Shown here one piece after another: positions 60,466 to 64,000 of a stretch of DNA of 64,000 nucleotides. The notes beneath the pieces were generated by a model. That model worked only from the letters and a program-made list of their open reading frames with translations, did not search any database and had not been told where the DNA came from. Both the position numbers and the translations under genes were made by a program. Source of the DNA: an uncultured Acidaminococcales bacterium (GTDB taxonomy: Bacteria > Bacillota > Negativicutes > Acidaminococcales > JAISLQ01); assembly GCA_964551985.1 (NCBI GenBank), contig CAZKFG010000002.1, positions 2,845 through 66,844 of the forward strand. Direction: 5' to 3'. Position 1 is the stretch's first letter. Every line of letters starts with the position of its first letter.

Positions 60466-61050
60466 ATGATGTTTAATTTATATGATTTTTTAATTTACTG
60501 TTTTATCAGCTCTTACACACCTGGAGCTAACAATTTGTTATCCATGAACAATGCTATAAAGCTTGGTTTTCGTAACAGCGTTAAGTTTAATTTTGGAATA
60601 CTAGCAGGTTTTTTTGTTGTCATGGCAATGTGCGCATTTTTCAGCGCAACATTATTTTCATATTTACCAAAAATAAAATTAATTTTACAATTTGCAGGAG
60701 CCACTTATATGCTTTATCTAGCATGGAAAGTTTGGACGAGTGCTAACAATACAAATATTGAAAATAACAAAAAAGCAAGTTTTATCTCTGGAATGCTTTT
60801 GCAATTTGTAAATCCTAAAATTTATATTTACGCAATTACAGCATTATCAATTTATATTTTACCTATTTATCATTCTTTAGAATCATTAATTTTGTTTACT
60901 GTTATATTATCACTTATAGGTGCCTCCGGCTCGTTTGTCTGGTCATTATGCGGCTTAGCTTTTTGTAAGGTTCTTGCTAGTCATGCAAAAACAGTTAATA
61001 CTATTATGATGCTTTTACTTGTTTATTGCGCTGCTTCATTGTTTAGATAA
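60466..61050 (+). CDS. LysE/RhtB-family amino-acid exporter
   Basis: 194 aa with about 6 TM helices. N-terminal family motif SYTPGANNL. RBS AAGGAGGGG. Confidence 0.8.
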   Translation: MMFNLYDFLIYCFISSYTPGANNLLSMNNAIKLGFRNSVKFNFGILAGFFVVMAMCAFFSATLFSYLPKIKLILQFAGATYMLYLAWKVWTSANNTNIENNKKASFISGMLLQFVNPKIYIYAITALSIYILPIYHSLESLILFTVILSLIGASGSFVWSLCGLAFCKVLASHAKTVNTIMMLLLVYCAASLFR

Positions 61051-61058
61051 GTTTTTTT

Positions 61059-61102
61059 ATGAAAGAAGAGCTATAGCCGTTTAGCTATAGCTCTTCTTTC
61101 AT
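61059..61102. terminator. Bidirectional terminator (19-bp stem) between the LysE gene (+) and the PTPS-like gene (-)
   Basis: ATGAAAGAAGAGCTATAGC-cgttta-GCTATAGCTCTTCTTTCAT flanked by T-runs and A-runs. Confidence 0.8.
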
Positions 61103-61116
61103 TTTTATTAAATATT

Positions 61117-61593
61117 TTAATAATCTGCTGTTGCGCAATTATCTCCGGAAGCGAAAGTCATTTTTTTAATGTTAAATTTATCTTTTAAAAGTGAATAAAA
61201 TACCTCAATCAAATTCTCACAAGTTGCAACTTTTTTTACAACAACTAATCTACATTCTGGATATGCTTTTGCAAGTTCGTTATCAATAGGCAATCCAAGC
61301 ATTGTATTTGTCGGTGCGCCATCTCTAATCCCTTGTTTTTCATAAGCTGCCAATGTTACAGGCAAAAGTGGATCTTCTTCTTGCAAAATAAGTGCATGAT
61401 CAAAGTTTTTCAAGTAACTCCATGCTGTATTTTTGATACTATTACAAGGATAAACAAATCCTGTTCTTGCATCTACTTCGCCTTCCACTTCGATGGTCAA
61501 AAGGCCTGTATGTCCGTGAAGATACTGGGCTTCTCCTTCATAATTTAAAAATCTATGTGCATATTGAAGGTTTAATTTTGTTAATGATCTCAT
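61117..61593 (-). CDS. 6-pyruvoyl-tetrahydropterin synthase / QueD-fold family protein (divergent)
   Basis: LQYAHRF...YLHGHTGLLTIEVEGEVDARTGFV matches the PTPS/QueD Zn-His pattern (AH...HGH). There are no que or fol genes nearby. Confidence 0.65.
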   Translation of the reverse strand: MRSLTKLNLQYAHRFLNYEGEAQYLHGHTGLLTIEVEGEVDARTGFVYPCNSIKNTAWSYLKNFDHALILQEEDPLLPVTLAAYEKQGIRDGAPTNTMLGLPIDNELAKAYPECRLVVVKKVATCENLIEVFYSLLKDKFNIKKMTFASGDNCATADY

Positions 61594-61687
61594 AATCTTA
61601 ACTCCTTTTTTATCAACCTAATATGCTAGAGTATTTACAGTTTTTCTAAATAAATATTGCTTGTAACATGACAAATAATCAAGCGAA

Positions 61688-62182
61688 TTAGTTGTATTCT
61701 TTAAATGCTAACCCTTTTGCATTACAAATAGGGCAAACTTCCGGTGCCTTAGCCTCGTGTATATAACCACAAACTGGGCACAAATAATATGCTGGACCAT
61801 CTTCTTTAGTTAGATTATCTAGCGCTTTTTGATATAAATCGGCATGTACTTTTTCAGCAGCTGAAGCTAATTGAAAAATGCGTAGTGCTTCAGATTGATT
61901 TTCTTGTTTAGCATATTCGATAAATTCTGGGTACATTTCTGTAAATTCGTGTGTTTCGCCAGCAACTGCATCTTTTAAATTTTCAGCAGTATCTTTTATT
62001 TTGCCCATAGCTTTAAATTCTGCTAAGGCATGCAGTGTTTCAGCTTCTGCCGCTGCTTTAAATAGTTTTGCCGCTTGTTTATATCCTTGAGTTTCTGCTT
62101 GTTTAGCATAAGCTAAATATTTTCTATTTGCTTGTGATTCTCCTGCAAATGCAGCTGCTAATCCTTGCATTGTTTTTTCCAT
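61688..62182 (-). CDS. rbr: Rubrerythrin
   Basis: Ferritin-like di-iron helices (GESQANRKYLAY..., EAETLHA, GETHEFTEMYP, AEKVHADLY) plus a C-terminal rubredoxin knuckle CPVCG...CPICN. Confidence 0.92.
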   Translation of the reverse strand: MEKTMQGLAAAFAGESQANRKYLAYAKQAETQGYKQAAKLFKAAAEAETLHALAEFKAMGKIKDTAENLKDAVAGETHEFTEMYPEFIEYAKQENQSEALRIFQLASAAEKVHADLYQKALDNLTKEDGPAYYLCPVCGYIHEAKAPEVCPICNAKGLAFKEYN

Positions 62183-62216
62183 TGTAAAATCTCTCCTTTT
62201 TATTTTAATTATTAAC

Positions 62217-62230
62217 TAATAATAATTATC
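62217..62230. promoter_or_regulatory. Fur/PerR-type box-like imperfect palindrome upstream of rubrerythrin
   Basis: TAATAAT-A-ATTATC, 35-48 nt upstream of the rbr start. It resembles the 7-1-7 TnATAAT-n-ATTATnA core. Such a match in AT-rich DNA can occur by chance. Confidence 0.3.
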
Positions 62231-62353
62231 GCTTCTTTTTTGTTTTTTGTCAATAGGTTAAATGTATTTTTCTGTTTTCTAATGCAAAATTGTCTACAAA
62301 ACAAAAATATGTTACAATAAAGCAATCATTTAAAAATTACTAGGAGGCAAATA

Positions 62354-63631
62354 ATGGGCATTAGTGAAAGTAAAGCAATTGATATTATGAAAAAAGCAAC
62401 AGGTAAGAAAATAATAGATACATCATTTAACAAAGTGCCTAATGGGTTTATTGCATTAGTTGAAAATGAACAACAACTTGTTTGTATAACCGATGGTGCT
62501 TGTGCTTTTGCAGATAAATTAGAATGTACTTTAGATGAATATAAATATGGTGTTAGATTGCGTCTGGCAAATACCAATAATAAAAACTCTCAAGCACTTA
62601 GATTTTTTCTCAAGTGGACAGCACCAGGTGCTTGTACTAATCAAAATAGCAGCATTGGCTTTGAAGATGCTTTTGCTTTGACACTACCAAAATTTGCTCA
62701 AGATTTACAAAATAGTTCTATAAAACCTGTTATTTGCGCCAACACAAATTCTGCGCAAATTCTTTCAGAGCAAATGGGCAATACTGCTTGGCAAGCGCTA
62801 GAAATCGGCTTAAAAAGCGGATATGGCGCTGAATTTTCTTATGCCAAAACCGAACAAGAAATTGTCAACGCTCTACTTTGCGGCTACACAAGCTTTGTAG
62901 TTGATTGTAGCGATAAAATAGATAAAACTAACTTTAATTTGACATCTGACGAAATAATGCAAAAAGCACAAAACCTACCCGAAGAATTTCGTCAAGCTTT
63001 AATAGAATCTTATGTAGACAAAAATTTTTCTTTAGATAACGGTAATATAACATATACTAAAGAAGAAGTTTTTCAAATAGCCTTGTGCTACGGACAAGCT
63101 ATTGCTCATTTGCAATACCTTTATAATGGCTATTTTAAAAACGCGCCTTGGCAGATAGATTTTTGCATTTTTCTTGGTGATAATGATCTTGATGCCAAAG
63201 CACATTATTTAATTGCAAACGAACTTAGTAGAGTTAATGTAAAATTGGCCGCTATAGAATTAAGCCCACAAAATCCTTCTTTTGTTCAAAATACTTATGT
63301 TGCCAAAGTTCTATTGCATAAAGTTAGACTTGTGATAAAAGATTTAGAAGTATTAAAAACTGTTGAAAATAATGCCAACTGCGCATTTGATTTACGTATA
63401 GAAAAAGGTAGTGAATTGCTAAACGCTCTGAAAGTTTTAGAGCAAAATAATCCTGACTTTATAAAAGAATTGCCTGATGGCTTTTCCAATTTGACAAATA
63501 ACGAAAAAATCAAACTATTACAGCAAAAACAACCACAAATAAAAACATTGTTAAAAGACCATCTCAATGTATATTATGATTTGATTAAAAAATCAATTGA
63601 TATTCAAAAAGATTTTCTTAAAAAAGCTTAA
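62354..63631 (+). CDS. Divergent UxaE (tagaturonate/fructuronate epimerase)-family-like protein with degenerate signature positions
   Basis: Segments SSIGFEDAF..., KPVICANTNSAQ, GYGAEFSYAKTEQEIVNALLCGYTSFVVDCSDKID and QAIAHLQYLY are collinear with UxaE-family blocks as I remember them (SFGxGDRLG, FAQQSxRE, GFGADADHxK...GFTMFTIDPSD). The charged or metal-binding positions are replaced. RBS AGGAGG. Confidence 0.4.
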   Translation: MGISESKAIDIMKKATGKKIIDTSFNKVPNGFIALVENEQQLVCITDGACAFADKLECTLDEYKYGVRLRLANTNNKNSQALRFFLKWTAPGACTNQNSSIGFEDAFALTLPKFAQDLQNSSIKPVICANTNSAQILSEQMGNTAWQALEIGLKSGYGAEFSYAKTEQEIVNALLCGYTSFVVDCSDKIDKTNFNLTSDEIMQKAQNLPEEFRQALIESYVDKNFSLDNGNITYTKEEVFQIALCYGQAIAHLQYLYNGYFKNAPWQIDFCIFLGDNDLDAKAHYLIANELSRVNVKLAAIELSPQNPSFVQNTYVAKVLLHKVRLVIKDLEVLKTVENNANCAFDLRIEKGSELLNALKVLEQNNPDFIKELPDGFSNLTNNEKIKLLQQKQPQIKTLLKDHLNVYYDLIKKSIDIQKDFLKKA

Positions 63632-63666
63632 CCAAACATGTTTTGCAAAAATTGTTTCACGTGAAC

Positions 63667-63697
63667 AAAAAGAAACATTTATAAAATGTTTCTTTTT
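63667..63697 (+). terminator. Rho-independent terminator after the UxaE-like gene
   Basis: AAAAAGAAACATTT-ata-AAATGTTTCTTTTT followed by a T-run. Confidence 0.8.
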
Positions 63698-63784
63698 TAA
63701 TAATGCAAAATTTTTTATTACCCTGTGCATAAACCTTGACAATTATGTTAAGATAAAAGCATAAGATTTTTAGGAGGTAAAAAC

Positions 63785-64000
63785 ATGCAAAGCGAAAAAG
63801 ATAACTATGATCAAGAAACTTATAAATTTGACTCCCCCGACGAACAGTCCTTAGATATTTACGATATGGCACAAGAAGCTGAGGTAGAGAGACTTTGTCG
63901 CTGGGCAGCAGCGCGTGCTGGCGTTGTTGTAATGCTACCTATCGCAGGGACTATGGCACTTATCGCTAATGAAGTTTACTTAGTTAAAAAAATTGGTGAT
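63785..64000 (+). CDS. Hypothetical protein, N-terminal part (possibly DUF697-like); continues past the window end
   Basis: My own translation after TAGGAGGT plus 6 nt: MQSEKDNYDQETYKFDSPDEQSLDIYDMAQEAEVERLCRWAAARAGVVVMLPIAGTMALIANEVYLVKKIGD. The hydrophobic A/G-rich segment followed by a helix resembles DUF697, but this assignment is weak. Confidence 0.45.
   Translation, partial: MQSEKDNYDQETYKFDSPDEQSLDIYDMAQEAEVERLCRWAAARAGVVVMLPIAGTMALIANEVYLVKKIGD

Noticed and set aside
62326-62577. 83-aa minus-strand ORF overlapping the start of the UxaE-like gene
   Set aside because: It is antisense to a gene that has a strong RBS. It would start inside that gene and terminate in the promoter region. 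There is no RBS and no recognisable domain.
63657-63872. 71-aa minus-strand ORF in the last intergenic region
   Set aside because: It spans the plus-strand terminator (63667-63697) and the RBS and start of the plus-strand gene at 63785. It has no RBS and a nonsense-like composition. The plus-strand gene with TAGGAGGT is far better supported.

Overview
AT-rich (about one-third G+C by eye) chromosomal core segment of a flagellated, diderm Firmicute, most likely Negativicutes/Selenomonadales-like. The gene order is Bacillus/Clostridium-type: prfA-prmC-sua5-ptp-rpiB-glyA ... atp operon-murA-mbl-flhO/flhP, and tmk-yaaR-holB-yaaT-yabB-rsmI-metG-yabD-yabE-rnmV-ksgA-ispE ... glmU-prs-pth. It also carries L/P-ring genes (flgA-flgH-flgI) and a fold-III lysine/ornithine decarboxylase of the type known from Selenomonas. 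I call about 70 protein genes. Nearly all are on the minus strand, tightly packed, and many have 1-4 nt overlaps. Eight plus-strand genes form small islands inside the conserved order. I saw no rRNA, tRNA, CRISPR array, IS/transposase, integrase, phage gene or recognisable defence module. I could not find a convincing multi-gene novel system, and most of the window is ordinary housekeeping DNA. The best leads are: (1) an extra, translationally coupled ATP-synthase delta paralog consisting only of the C-terminal domain, between atpH and atpA; (2) a 447-aa orphan membrane protein beside the glycine-cleavage operon; (3) a UxaE-like protein with degenerate signature positions, divergent from rubrerythrin; (4) a yitT/exported ankyrin-repeat pair; (5) a thioredoxin-reductase-like flavoprotein lacking the NAD(P)H motifs; (6) a serC-DUF1015-lpdA-gcv serine/glycine cluster with no glycine riboswitch and a perfect intra-operon palindrome. 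Several ORF-track starts were moved to internal starts with better Shine-Dalgarno spacing.
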